Assembly (NCBI RefSeq): GCF_006345805.1
Contig: NC_043015.1
Coordinates: forward strand, 31,558,001 to 31,622,000
From: Octopus sinensis
Taxonomy: Eukaryota
Length of the DNA stretch: 64,000 nucleotides
Direction of reading: 5' to 3'
Under the pieces are notes generated by a model, which saw only the letters and a list, made by a program, of their open reading frames with translations, was not told the origin of the DNA and ran no database searches. This document shows, in pieces, positions 1 through 13,184 of this stretch. Every line of letters begins with the position of its first letter. Within the stretch, counting starts at the first letter, position 1. A program made the translations under genes and the position numbers.

Positions 1-578
1 ATGATTATGATGATGATGATACTGCTACCACCACTTTTTTTTACCACTGCTGCTGTGACTGTCATCATCATCGTCATCGTCGTTGTCGTTGTCATCATCC
101 TCATTATCATCATCGTTACCATAAGCTGCTGGAATAGGTACTCCACTTGGCCAGCATAGAAGTAGCTTTGAAAATATCACCAAACATGGACCACCAAATT
201 TAAAAATGAAAAAAACAAAAAAAGAGACAATGTGAAAATTAAACAGCTGCACGATGGGAACCAAAGAAAAGAATAATAATTTTTTTTATCATTGAGTTTA
301 TTGAATGATAACGAGTATAATGAAAAACAATGTTAACAGCACAGCGTTTATAACTTTTCATCTTTTGCAAGTTTTGTGGGTCACAGGGAGCTCCTTGATA
401 TGAGCAAGCTCAAAGAAATTGAGAAAATATGGAGAAAATATGTCAAGAAGGGGAAAAAATGGAACAATGGAGAGAGAGAGAGAGCTGAAGAGCAAGAGAA
501 AGTGAGAGGGAGAGAGAGAATAGACAAATAAAGTAACAGAAATGCAAAATGGTTGAGAAAAGGGATAATATAGAAAGA

Positions 579-996
579 GGATCTTTACCTTTTGACCGAC
601 AGATTTAAAAAATAATTTTTTGTAACTAAACACTTTCAAACTTCGGAAACTGGTAGAATGTGTCATATAAAACATCTTTTACTCTTAGCATTTTTGAGGA
701 AAACTTATTTTTACAAAGTAATTTCACATTAAAGTAGTCCTATTTTGGTAATTTCAACCAATCAATGACGTGTATTCAGCTGAGTAAAATTACTGCCATT
801 GTTTGTCACCAACAACTTCCGGCGGTGTATTTTTCATTTGTCACTGTTATTTATGACAACCCTAACCCTAAAACCTTAAAGCTAAAACCAGTACAAACGC
901 ACGAATGATGTCATAAATATCAGTGACAAATGAAGTTTGAAAGTGTTTAGTTACAAAAAATTATTTTGAAATCTGTAGGTCAAAAGGTGAAGATCT
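579..996. mobile_element. Non-autonomous TIR element (Mutator/foldback-like MITE) with internal telomere-type repeats
   Basis: About 65-bp TIRs (579-644 vs 932-996, GGATCTTT...AAGATCT); TAGAAAGA duplicated at 571-578 and 997-1004; internal CCCTAACCCTAA; related copies at 49336-49753 and 54514-55474. Confidence 0.85.
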
Positions 997-1209
997 TAGA
1001 AAGAAAATTTTTAAAGTGATCTCATCAGATATTCTATTGAAATTAGAGCCAGCTGACTCTAATTTCTATAGAGTATCTAGAGAAATAAATAGCACTGCTG
1101 ACACAGGTAGGACATAGTATCATTGTATAAACCTTTAATATACTTGGCAGAATATTATGGTTGCATAACGACATGTAGTGTCCCTGCCAGCAATTAATAT
1201 ATAAAAAGA

Positions 1210-1212
<3 letters not shown>

Positions 1213-1242
<30 letters not shown>

Positions 1243-1558
1243 TGTATATGTGCAGATCTGTATGTTTTGTTTTATGTATGTATTCTCATGTATTCTCATG
1301 TATATAGTTGCATATCTAGACATTCTCACATATATTTCAATACATACATTCATACTATGTATGTATGTATGTATGTATGTATGTATGTATGTATGTATGT
1401 ATGTATGTATGTATGTGTGTGTGTGTATGTGTATATGTATGTATGTATCTATCTCTCTGTCTGTCTGTCTACCTGTCCGTCCGTCAGTCTGTCCATCTAT
1501 CCATCCCTCTATCTATCTATCTATCTATCTATCAGAAGAAGAAGAAGAAGAAGAAGAA
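1213..1558. repeat. Compound microsatellite (ATGT)n/(GT)n/(TCTA)n/(GAA)n
   Basis: Directly visible; source of the MYVC-repeat ORFs. Confidence 0.95.
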
Positions 1559-1560
1559 TG

Positions 1561-2985
1561 TCTGTCAGTGTGCATGTTCTCTTTTGCCAGTCTTTGGTTG
1601 TTATGTCTTGGTGCTTTGTCTTGGTCTCTTTGTCAGCCTCAATGGACACATCCCAAATGATTACGGCCAGGTCTTTGACACATGCTTATACCACTTCTTT
1701 GTTTTCACATTAAAGGCGTGGCACATTGCTCAGTAGCTACAGCCGTTTCAATCATGTCTTTTTATATATTCACAATCGGCAGCCAGCAATGATGTGGTCA
1801 ACTGTCTCATTTTGTTGGTTGAACATTCTGCATTTGGCTTAGGGATCCATTTTCATTGCTTTGTTCTTATAACTGTTTGTGGTTAGACATTTGTTTTTGG
1901 CAGCTAGAACCAGTCGTTCCAATTCTACTTTAAGCCTGGATCATTTGAGTAAGCGTTGACTGAGTTTGGCATATTTCTCTATTGAGTCTTGCAGAACATT
2001 GACTGTGGAGTGTTTTTTCTCCCCCTTTTATCTTTTGTATGCTTTATATTTCTGTTTATATGTTGGTATTTTATCTCTTTAACCATCTCTATTGTCCTCT
2101 TATCTAAATTTATTATTTCAGCTGGATTCATTTTGTGTTGTACTTTATCACTTTGTGTATACAGCTAAGTCCTTGTATCTTTTAAATTGCTTTATTACAT
2201 TTATCACTCTTCCAATCTTTGGGATCAATGTATTAAATAAAACCCCCGTCGCTTGAAATTGCTGACCTTGTGTGACAATTTGAAACCATTTTATTGAAGC
2301 TGTAATTTACAACTAGTTATTTATAACCTAGAAGCTTATTTCTAGTATTGGGTCTAGTTTTTATTATTAGTCTAATTCTTCTGTAGAATTTCTTTTATAA
2401 TTTTCTTTCTCATTTCCATATGTTGTATTTTAGTTATTTTGTCTATTCCTAGGTACTTGCACAGGTGACTGTGGTCTAATTTTCTATTTTCAATGTTTAT
2501 TTCTAGTGTTATATTCTCAATGCTTGTTAATTTTCCCCTTCTCGAAGTCACTTTGGCAACTTGTCTAACTTCATACTCGTTCTTACGTCTTTCCTGAAAC
2601 CATGGACAATTTTCGGTAGGGATTCTAGTGCAGTGCTATTCCTTGAAAAGATTTGCAGGTTGTCCATTTACAGGAGATTTATATGTTGTCCATAGCATAT
2701 GTACCCATGGGGCTGTCCTTCAGCAAGTTTGTTAGTGGGGGTCAGAGCAAGTTAGAAAAGTAAGGGGTTCAATAAACCTTCGTGGAAATTTTCTCTTCTG
2801 ATGGATCCTTTAGCCAGATTTTACGATCTTTTCCTCCTTCTTCATTACTTTGTTAGTTTTCCACTTTGTTGTTGCATGATCAATACGAGCCAGCAGTGTT
2901 GCAGGTTACTTTATTTATGTGAAGCGACTCCAGTATCTGTGAATTAGGAATGTTACTGAGAGCATTCCGATAGTCAATTCATTGC
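1561..2985 (-). mobile_element. Decayed R4/NeSL-type (RLE) non-LTR retrotransposon, RT to endonuclease region
   Basis: Minus-strand translation across stops/frameshifts gives NPLLF-LALTP, LL-MDNLQIFS (YMDD-like), KCRMFNQQNETVDHIIAGC (zinc knuckle), IIWDV...KDWQKRTCTL. Confidence 0.75.
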
Positions 2986-3050
2986 TTTTTCCTCACTTTT
3001 TACAATCTTCTACAATGGTCCGATTCACCAGTAGCTGCTTCTTACAACCA

Positions 3051-3120
<70 letters not shown>

Positions 3121-3192
3121 ACTACTACTACTACTACTACCATCACCACCACCACCACCACCATCACCACTGCCACCACCACCACCACCACC

Positions 3193-3226
<34 letters not shown>
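3051..3226. repeat. Compound trinucleotide repeat (TAC)n(TGC)n(CAC)n
   Basis: Directly visible. Confidence 0.95.
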
Positions 3227-3227
3227 A

Positions 3228-3435
3228 GATGGTGAGCTGGCAGAATCATCATCATGCCAGATGAAATGCTTAGTGGCATTTTGTTCATCCTTACATTCTG
3301 AGTTCAAATTCTGCTGAGGTGATTTTGCCTTTCATCCTTTCGGGGTCAATAAATTAAGTACCAGTGAAGCACTGGGGTCAATGTAATTGACTAGTCTTCT
3401 CACACCAAATTTCAGGCCTTTAGTAGAAAGGATTA

Positions 3436-3485
<50 letters not shown>

Positions 3486-3745
3486 GTTGTTGTTGTTGTT
3501 GTTGTTGTTGTTATTATTATTATGAAAGGTGGTGAGCTGTCAGGATCTTTACTGCACCAGACAAAATACTTAGCAGTATTTTATCTGTCTTTACATTCTG
3601 AGTTCAAATTCCACCAAGGTCGACTTAGCCTTTCATCCTTTTGGGATTCCTAAAATAAGTACCAGTTGAACACTGGGGTTGATGTAATTAACTTAACCCC
3701 CTCCCCTGAAATTACTGGTCTTGTGCCAAACTTTGAAACCATTAT
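3228..3745 (+). mobile_element. Two SINE family B copies separated by (ATT)n/(GTT)n
   Basis: GGTGAGCTGGCAGAA head, GAGTTCAAATTC B-box-like motif, shared body TTTGCCTTTCATCCTTTCGGGGTC. Confidence 0.8.
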
Positions 3746-3807
3746 TATTATTATGGTTGGTTCATGGTTCATCAGATATTGAATTTATTTTCTGTATCTT
3801 TGTTACT

Positions 3808-4016
3808 CTTTTACTCTTTACTTGTTTTAGTCATTTTGACTGTGGCCATGCTGGAGCACTGCCTTTAGTCGAGCAACTCGACCCCGGGAATTATTCTTTG
3901 TAAGCCCAGTACTTATCCTATCGGTCTCTTTTGCCGAACCGCTAAGTGACGGGTGACATAAACACACCAGCATCGGTGGTGTGTTTAGGGGACAAACAGA
4001 CATACAAACATACACG

Positions 4017-4103
<87 letters not shown>

Positions 4104-4270
4104 TACGACGGGCTTCTTTCAGTTTCCGTCTACCAAATCCACTCACAAGGCTTTGGTCGGCCCGAGGCTATAGTAGAAGACACTTGCCCAAGGTGCCACG
4201 CAGTGGGACTGAACCCAGAACCATGTGGTTGGTAAGCAAGCTATCTACCACACAGCCACTCCTGCGCCTA
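3808..4270 (-). mobile_element. SINE family A (tRNA-like head, internal (TA)n)
   Basis: Reverse complement begins GGAGTGGCTGTGTGG...GGTTCAGTCCC; near-identical copies throughout the window. Confidence 0.85.
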
Positions 4271-4362
4271 TTGTTATTCATTTTAATTCTTTTTTTTTTT
4301 TTACATCTAGCATCTAATTGAAGGAGGCTGTACCTTCTGCTGATTTTTATTTTCTGTACAGC

Positions 4363-4407
<45 letters not shown>

Positions 4408-4974
4408 TTTGTTGTCACTATTTTGAGTAGGCTTTCCAAAACCTTTTGAATTCCAACCCCTGTTTTTAAAAGAAATTTGTCAGAACCCCTTCCCTATTTG
4501 GTAAAAGAAATTTCAGACCTTCTTTGCCCGAGGGATCTTGAACAATTCCATTGAAATCAACCCCTGGGGACTTTCACTATGAAAGACCAAACACATAACA
4601 ATTCCTCTACTTTAGAAACCCTGCTTAAGAGATTTTTCTTTGGAGGAAATACCACCTCTGAGAAAATTCTTTTTTCTTTGAAGAAAAGTCTTAAACTAAC
4701 TATCATTTTCTTTGTATTAGGGAAACTAAATTGTATGGCTTTTCATTCACAAAGTGGCAACTTGGAATAAAATAATATTATTCATATTTATTTAACAAAA
4801 ATAAATATGTAGTTTATTTTTTTTAAAAACAATAAATTGTTAGCTTTTTCAGTTAAGAATCAGCAGCTATTGAGTTTTAAAAATGCCAAATTCAAAATTT
4901 AAAAAAATATATGAAAAAGTTGAGTTGAAAAAATATATGTAAAAATTGAGTTTTAAAAAATAATATGAAAAATA

Positions 4975-5300
4975 TACTCTTTTTACTCTTTTACTGGTTT
5001 CAGTCATTTGACTGTGGCCATGCTGGAGCACTGCCTTTAGTCGAGCAAATCAACCCCAGGACTTATTTTTTGTAAGCCTAGTACTTATTCTATCGGTCTC
5101 TTTTGCTCAACCGCTAAGTTACGGGGACGTAAACACACCAGCATCGGTTCAGTTTCCGTCTACCAAATCCAATCACAAGGCTTTGGTTGGCCCGAGGCTA
5201 TAGTAGAAGGCACTTGCCCAAGGTGCTACACAGTGGGACTGAACCCGGAACCATGTGGTTGGTGAGCAAGCTACTTACCACACAGCCACTCCTATGCCTA
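4975..5300 (-). mobile_element. SINE family A, internally deleted
   Basis: Same head and tail as 3808-4270, central part missing. Confidence 0.85.
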
Positions 5301-5402
5301 TATATATATAATATATAAAACAAAATATAAAAAACATGCAAAAAATATCATCTCAAAAGCTGAAGAAAGATCCAATTCAAAATTAGTGTTAATATAAAAA
5401 TA

Positions 5403-5623
5403 TCAATCCTTTAGCATTAAAACTGACCACATCCAGCTGAAATATTCTACCTGTTTTATGTACAAACTGACCAGATCTGGCCTATATTACCCTATAATGA
5501 TTCTTAAAATAACGATCACATCATTGAAATCTCAAAGCAATGAAATAATGCATGATTAATTCAAAACAATGTGGATAAATAAGCATTACATTTGATAGAA
5601 TAATCTGAATGCGAAAGTGTTAA
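5403..5623. mobile_element. piggyBac-type MITE (degenerate copy)
   Basis: Same body as 20284-20511 and 26380-26606; ends in TTAA. Confidence 0.7.
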
Positions 5624-5789
5624 AGAAAATCTTTTCTCCCTCAGGCAAAAATGAGTTGAAACTTGTACATGCACAATAGTAAACTAATATTTCTTAATTT
5701 TCAGCAGTAAATTTCTTTATTACAAATAAGGAAAATATCTTTAGTAAGAAGGGTGTACTTGTTTAATTTTTCTACAACAAATCAAATCT

Positions 5790-6860
5790 TGATTTAATAT
5801 CAGTTAATGCAGGTCTCAAAGCAATTTCAATGTTCTTAATACTGCAGTGATCTTTCTTTTTTGTTTTAGTGCCAGTCAATACTAAAAATGCTAATTTGCA
5901 TAAATATGATGAGTACAGTGGAGGCGCGTGGCTTAGTGGTTAGGGTGTCAGCATCATGATTGTAAGATTGTGGTTTCAATTCCTGGACTGGGCGATGCAT
6001 TGTGTTCTTGAGCAAAACACTTCATTTCACGTTGATCCAGTCCACTCAGCTGGCAAAAATGAGTAACGCTGCGATGGACTGGCGTCCCATCCAACTGGGG
6101 AACACATACGCCATAGAAACCGGGAAACCGGGCCCATGAGCCTGGCTAGGATTTAAAAGGGCGCATTTATTATTTTATTTTTATGATGAGTACAAAGGTT
6201 TCTGTTACTAATTGGAAATTTTACATGAACACCAAACCAACAGCATTTAAGATTTTCTTAGAAAATTTAAGCCCGAGAGTTGAATCATGTAGAATTTCTG
6301 CAATAATCTTCCAGAGCTCTTAATGTCAGATGTTTTTTATGTGCCCTGTTTCAACAATGAATGGATTTCAAATCTAATCCAATTTGTTATTGTCTTTTTC
6401 TGGCAAAATATTTCTGGAAATTGTTTTCAAGTCTCTCCAACAAATCGATTATTATTTGTTTGCTCAAATCAAAATTGAAGGCATTTTAAAAAATAAAATC
6501 ATTTGTATATGTAAACATTTCTAATTCATGACCTTCTATTTTGCATTTCCATATGTTTAATTTTTTTTAAACGAGAACTTAAATTTGAGATTCAAATGGG
6601 AAGATGGTAGTTTCTCCTTGAAAAGACATATCAAGTTCTTTAAGTTTTAGAAAAACATAGAACAAATAGTATAATTTGCATAACAAATTTTTGTGGCACA
6701 AATTGGCCAAATCTGAATCTTATCTCAGCAAAAATATTATGACTTCATTTTTTTAAATTCTAATTACCATTTCAAAGCTCGTCAATTTAAGAGCCATTTG
6801 ATAGCAGAAGCACTCCATTTTGATCTGAAGAAATATCTTTAGACATTCTGAATCATGCAA
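5790..6860 (-). pseudogene. hAT (Charlie-type) transposase C-terminal remnant, split by a SINE
   Basis: Minus-strand peptides LHDSTLGLKFSKK and YSSYLCKLAFLVLTGTKTK resemble the hAT dimerisation region. Confidence 0.65.
5918..6181 (+). mobile_element. tRNA-derived SINE family D with 13-bp TSD
   Basis: Head GGCGCGTGGCTTAGTGGTTAG...GGTTTCAATTCC; TATGATGAGTACA at 5905-5917 and 6182-6194. Confidence 0.9.
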
Positions 6861-6992
6861 TGAGTGTAAGTCATAAGATTTTTGGTTACAGATTTGACTA
6901 CGCAGCTATACCATTGAAGGCTTACTTTGAGAAACAACAACAACGACGAAAAATACCTAAGGAATGAGAACCCAGGTTCGAAATTTCCCCAA

Positions 6993-7038
6993 GACACCTG
7001 ATGAAGGCTGGAGGGTATATCAGCTGAAACGTTGTGTT
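6993..7038 (+). ncRNA. Minimal type I hammerhead ribozyme motif
   Basis: gacac-CTGATGA-a-GGCTG(gagggtatat)CAGCT-GAAAC-GTT-gtgtt: stem I gacac/gtgtt, stem II GCTG/CAGC, loopless stem III. Confidence 0.6.
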
Positions 7039-7211
7039 AGCAACAAACAAGATGAGGACAAGTATCCGTCAATTGTAAATAATGTACATAATTCTTCGTC
7101 TCTTAAATATAGAACTGTCTTTTGATGCCTCATATTTCAAAACCAGCAACTCAGTTTTCGAATCCACAAGGAACATACTCGTGTGCACACACACACGCAC
7201 GCACACACACA

Positions 7212-7252
<41 letters not shown>

Positions 7253-7975
7253 CTGTTTTACTATATAAGATGGAGCCTTTTAGCAGCTGTCTACCATCTG
7301 GGTTAGTTGGTCATACATAATGGGTTTTTTTTATCAGAATCTAAATTCTTCTTTGAGATTCTAAGAACAACCTCCTTCACAGAAACGTACTCTGTCTCCA
7401 AACTCACCCACCCACTCACAATATATATATGTGTGTGTGTGTGTGTATGTATATATATATAAGTGCATACATACATATATAAGTGTGTGTGTGTGTGTGT
7501 ATGTATGTATGTGTGTGTGTATGTTTATATGGGAAAGAATGATTATTAAAATAAATAAATTCCCCTCCCACTCAATATTGCTGTAACTTGGTTTTGTTGA
7601 GGCTGTTGTTGTTTTTTCTTTTTTACTGGAGTCTTTGAAATCATATAATTTTCAAGGAATCGGTTCCAAAATAGTCAACATTTTCACGTAAACCTTTTAA
7701 ACTAAACAAAAAACCCCCAACAAAAAAAGCCGAGGTGAATGATGATTATTTCTTTGTTTTGAGAAGTCAGTGAAATTAAGATATTTCTTGGATTTCTTTT
7801 GATAAAAATAGAAATGTCACAAAAGCAATAAACTCCAGACTTGCAGACCACATTTCACACAATGCCTAGTCTTGTTTTGTCTCTATTTTTTCTTATCTTT
7901 AGTCTGGGAAGAAGTTATCTTCAAACTGGAAACCCAGTCTCTTTTCTCTCTCTCTGTATGTAAGTATATATATAT

Positions 7976-8358
7976 ATACCCTTTTACTTGTTTCAGTCAT
8001 TTGACTGTGGCCATGCTAGAGCACCGTCTTTAGTCGAGCAAATCGACCCTGGGACTTATTCTTTGTAAGCCCAGTACTTATTCTATCGGTCTCTTTTGCC
8101 GAACCGTTAAGTAATGGGGACGTAAACACACCAGCATCGGTTGTCAAGCAATGCTAGAGAGACAAACACACACACATACACACACATATATATATATACA
8201 TATATACGACTGGCTTCTTTCAGTTTCCGTCTACCAAATCCACTCACAAGGCATTGGTCGGCCCGGGGCTATAGCAGGAGACACTTGCCCAAGATGTCAT
8301 GCAGTGGGACTGAACCCGGAACTATGTGGTTGGTTAGCAAGCTACTTACCACACAGCA

Positions 8359-8360
<2 letters not shown>
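7976..8360 (-). mobile_element. SINE family A
   Basis: Near-identical to 3808-4270. Confidence 0.85.
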
Positions 8361-8405
<45 letters not shown>

Positions 8406-8418
8406 TATATATATATAG

Positions 8419-8453
<35 letters not shown>

Positions 8454-8458
8454 ATATT

Positions 8459-8521
<63 letters not shown>

Positions 8522-8522
8522 C

Positions 8523-8613
<91 letters not shown>
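8361..8613. repeat. (TA)n microsatellite
   Basis: Directly visible. Confidence 0.95.
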
Positions 8614-8615
<2 letters not shown>

Positions 8616-10329
8616 CACTACCATCAGAAATTAATTAGCACCCTTGATTTGCTCTTCACTCAAGGTATTTGCTGTCACCTAGTGGCCATATCTCGAACTA
8701 TTGCTTTGTTGCGAGTTCACTGTTGCGCAGAACGATGAAGTAACTTTGTTTGCAGAGCGGTTTGAGAGTCTACAGCCTAATGATGTTGACATAGCAGTGC
8801 AACAACAACTTGGAGTGCGGATGCAGACAAATCTTCCTTTGTTTAATAGATATAGGTAGCGCCTCGCAAGGACCGAAATCACACCGTACTAAGTTTTCTC
8901 ATCGCGTAAGACGTTTTGAACAGCTTGTAGGTTAATTGATTTGTGTATTTGCAAGATTTTTTTTCCTCACAAATTCTCCTACACTCTGCTTGGTGACATC
9001 ACTTCCGGTTCACAAAACTTTCTGTTATACATCAAATAAGGTGAGAAATTCTGCTTTCTTTCTTTTTTGTTTAATGAATAATAACTCATAGCAGTTTTGT
9101 TATAGCATAACATTATTCAAATGAATAGTTTTAATGAAAATAACTGGTTTTTATCGTTCATTCCTAGATGGGCCCAAGACCTCGCATGACCTTGGAGAGA
9201 CGGTACAAGGCTCTCTCGTGGTGTGGGAAGCTGTCGGAGGTTGCAATAGCCAGAAAACTTGGTGTAGCCAGGCGCACAATTCAGTGCTTATTTAAGAAAT
9301 ACGAGGAAACCGGATCAGCAGCTGACAAAAAGGGTAGGGGACGGAAGAGGCTGACAACCCAGCGGGAGGACCGGATGCTGATCCGAAAGTCACTGTACAA
9401 CCGAAGGGCAACGAGCCAGCAACTGGCGGAGGAGATGCAAAAGATGACAGGGAAGCAGTTGTCTACAACCACTGTCAAGACCAGATTACTGGAAGCCTGT
9501 CTAAAATCCTGTAGGGCCACCCGTAAGCCGCTCTTTACAGCCCAAAACCGGAAGAGGCGGCTGCTCTGGGCCCGTGCCCACAAGACATGGACCATGCAGC
9601 AGTGGCGGACAGTGATGTTCACTGACGAGTCGCGATTCAGTCTCGTCAGTGACAAGCCTGTCCATGTGCGACGCCCCAGGGGTGAGCGCTTCAACAAAGA
9701 CTGCATTGCTCCCACCATGAAGCAAGGTGGGGGTGGTCTGATGGTGTGAGGGGTGTTCAGCTACAGTGGTGTTGGGCAGCTCTATGCCGTCGAAGGCAAC
9801 ATCAACGCAGCAAAGTACGTTGAGATAGTACGGGATACCTCTTTGGTGGCGAGGAGTACTGCTCCAGCAGGACAACGTGCCTTCCCACACAGCCAAGCTC
9901 ACAACCAGTTTCTTCAAGGACCATGGGGTGACGGTCATGGACTGGCCTGGCCAGTCACCTGACCTGAACCCTATTGAGAACCTCTGGAGTCGATTGGGTA
10001 GGGATTTGAATGTGCAACAACACAGGAACCGACATGAGCTGTTTGGGGCACTTCTTGCTGCATGGGGGGAGGGCCATCCCTGCACAGTACCTGCAAGCAC
10101 TCATAGACAGCATGCTGACCCGCGTAGCAGCTGTCATTGCTGCCAAAGGAGGAGCAACAAGATATTGACTAAATTTCACGATTAATAACAATTATGTGGT
10201 GTGCTGGGATATGTTTTAATAAATTTTTGATTAAAAACGAGTTCGTTTCTGATAATAAGTTAATTAAATTAAGAAAATGTAAGAAAATGTAGAAATTTGA
10301 GAAGTGCTAATTAATTTCCGATGCAAGTG
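8616..10329 (+). mobile_element. Full-length Tc1-family DNA transposon
   Basis: TIRs CACTACCATCAGAAATTAATTAGCAC and the reverse complement of GTGCTAATTAATTTCCGATGCAAGTG; TA at 8614-8615 and 10330-10331; inserted in (TA)n. Confidence 0.92.
9168..10168 (+). pseudogene. Tc1 transposase (DD34E), disrupted
   Basis: HTH N-terminus, GRGRKR, DESRF, GGGLMV followed by TGA where W is expected, QDNVPSHT, WPGQSPDLNPIENLW; 34 residues between second D and E; additional frameshifts. Confidence 0.92.
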
Positions 10330-10335
10330 TATATA

Positions 10336-10397
<62 letters not shown>

Positions 10398-10573
10398 ATA
10401 TATAATATATATATAACATTATTGGTGAATTGAAGAAATGGAGCTGAACGCAGATTGAACAGAAATCGTTTTATTTCATTCTACACGTGTTTACTGCTGT
10501 GATTTTTGCTACTAAGGTATCGGTTAAACTTTTGATTAATCTACTACAAGATTATTCATCTTTCTATTTCACA

Positions 10574-10640
<67 letters not shown>

Positions 10641-10799
10641 CATATATATATATGTGTGTGTGTGTGTATTGGATCATCCCAAAATAATATGGGTTTTTTA
10701 TACTTCTTTTCTTTTTTTATTTTTAAAATTAAGATAAAGTTATTTTTTAATCTACAATGCTCTTCCATCTATCTGGTAGATTTGCAAGGACCATTTTCT

Positions 10800-11190
10800 A
10801 AAATTCAATTGTCCGTCATGAAAAATACTCCTCCAGTATTGTTCTGATCTCATCGACAGAATTCATATTTTTGCCGTCTAGATGATTTTGAAGACTGTGG
10901 AATAAACAATAATATAATCAGATGGGACAATATCCAGCAAATATGGTGGGTGGGGCATCGTTTCCCATTCACACTGCTCCAGCCTTTGGAATATCATCTT
11001 CACTCTATGTGGCTGAGCATTATCCTGATGGAAGAACACCTTTTGTCTTGAAATCAAAGATGGTCATTTTTTTCTAGTGCTCTTAAGCCGCTCAAGCTAC
11101 TCACAGTAAATCTCCTTTGTTATCATTTGGTTTGGGTTTAAAAGTTCAAGGTGGACTAAACCTTTTATATTCCACCAATATAGTTTGTTG
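10800..11190 (-). pseudogene. mariner transposase fragment
   Basis: Minus-strand FHQDNAQPH...WETMPHPPYLLDIVPSDY. Confidence 0.75.
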
Positions 11191-11854
11191 TCGGGTGATT
11201 ATGTAAAGTATGTATGTTTCGAACCTTGTTTTATTGCCTGACCTTAACATCCCTATTTCCCCTGCTTCCTGCTGCTGTTTAAGTTCTATGTTAAGTTCAC
11301 AGTTTTAGTGCAATATAGTGAAATGTTACATAAGACTACGAGCTTGAAAAAGAAATGTAAGAACACTCTAATAAACTCTTATTTTCTGCATGGATTGCTT
11401 CTCCACAGTAACCTGCCACCAGCAAGCTGTGAATATATATGTAATGTGTGTGAGTGCACATAAGGGCACACGTGTGTACTTGTACATCTGAATGTACAGG
11501 ATATTTTTAAATGAACTTTACCATATGGATCTACTAATTAATCATTGTCGATGTTGCTGTTAACGTGTCTGAGATGAATGCTACGTGACAAAACCATTCT
11601 GTAAGCTATCTTTTCATGTCCTCCTTGCATTACTTATATTTTGATACATGTCAAATATGAGCTGCAAGTATGTGTAAAGGTGAATCCAGCTCTTAGCTGA
11701 CTTTTTTGGCAAGGAAATTGTGGGTGGTATGCTTAGCACTAGTGTATTCAGCAATCTAGACCAGCCCTACAATGTGCATCTCTTTGTCTTATCCTTCAAT
11801 AAAAACTGCCCTTTTTTCTCAAATTTTTTTTCCATTTTACAGCATCCTCCATCT

Positions 11855-12090
11855 ACCTACTTCTTTACTACCCACAAGGGGCTAAACACAGAGGGGACAA
11901 ACAAGGACAAACACACGGATTAAGTCGATTATATCGACCCCAGTGCATAACTGGTATTTAAGTTATCGACCCCAAAAGGATGAAAGGCAAAGTCGACCTT
12001 GGCGCAATTTGAACTCAGAACGTAACGGCAGACAAAATACGGCTAAGCATTTTGCCCGGCATGCTAACGTTTCTGCCAGCTTGCCGCCTG
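11855..12090 (-). mobile_element. SINE family B
   Basis: Reverse complement of the 25790-26020 type. Confidence 0.85.
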
Positions 12091-12699
12091 CATCCTCCGG
12101 CTACCCTCTCCATTATACCAGCTGGAAAATTCAGTTGAAAAATCATAATTCACATGTGAACAAGAAATCTATAGTTTTATGTTCCTGCTTATCACTAAGT
12201 AAATCTGTTACTGGGAAAAAATTTGAAATATTTCTTGACAAATCGTGACTGGACATAATATCATTAAAGACCTCTTACCAATGTCATCTATCCCTCTTTG
12301 TTCCGGGTTTCATTTTATTGGGTCTCTTTCTTCACAATTTTTCCTGCATCCTGCTTGTAATAAAAAATTCTATTGGAGTTATTTGCAAGACATCTCATCC
12401 TAAATCTAGCTCTGCAGGCAAATCACTGAGCCAAGTATGTAGCACCAACTCTTGTAGCTAATCTTCCTCTGCCTCTTGGCTACAACAAAAGAAGTTCTGT
12501 GGTTAATTCATTTGAAATTTTTGAAAACAGGTATTTTCTTCACTGGTTAAGCTCTCATCCCTTTCTTTATGTACCATTTGAAGAGAAAGATGAAGGTAGA
12601 GAGGGAATGCTGCCTTCTAGTATACTTAACAAAAGTGGCAAGACTTGAGGGGCTGAATGGACCTACCTGAGTATACTTAGTATATTTAGTATAAAAGGA

Positions 12700-12990
12700 T
12701 AAAGACCCCCTTCAGTCATGAATGTCCGTGGGATTGGGCCAAGAAAGTTCCACTCCAAAGCACAAGTCTGGGCAAGGTTGTTTACAAAAGACCAGCAATT
12801 GCCCAAGCTTACAAGCTTCCCCTATCCTTGCCACCTATGTTATCCAAGGGAAAGGCAAAGGGGCTGATACAACTTGGCACCAGTGACGTTGCAACTCATT
12901 TCTACAGTTGAATGAACTGGAGCAACGTGAAATAAAGTGTCTTGCTCAACACGCAGCCACATGTGGGAATCAAACTCACTACTTCATGAT
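12700..12990 (-). mobile_element. SINE (family D-related head)
   Basis: Shares CAGTGACGTTGCAACTCATTTCTACAG...GTCTTGCTCAA with 36535-36870. Confidence 0.7.
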
Positions 12991-13184
12991 TATATTCTGA
13001 ATATGGAAAAGGAAATATTTGAAGTTTTAGACATGAGAGAGTAATTAAGGCCTTTGTATAGGGTTGTCCTGAATTACTACAGGTAGCTTTTTCTCTCTAC
13101 TGGGAAACTTTCCTTGTTGAAGTTTTTTTTAGCTATTGCCAGCCTCCTCTGGCCCCTGTGCCGGTGGCATGTAAAAAGCAGCCA

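Noticed and set aside
5918-5990. tRNA-like sequences here and at other SINE heads (e.g. 34872, 45420)
   Set aside because: A/B boxes present but no complete cloverleaf; they continue into SINE bodies
9281-10191. Antisense ORFs of 145, 199 and 78 aa
   Set aside because: Shadow of the Tc1 transposase
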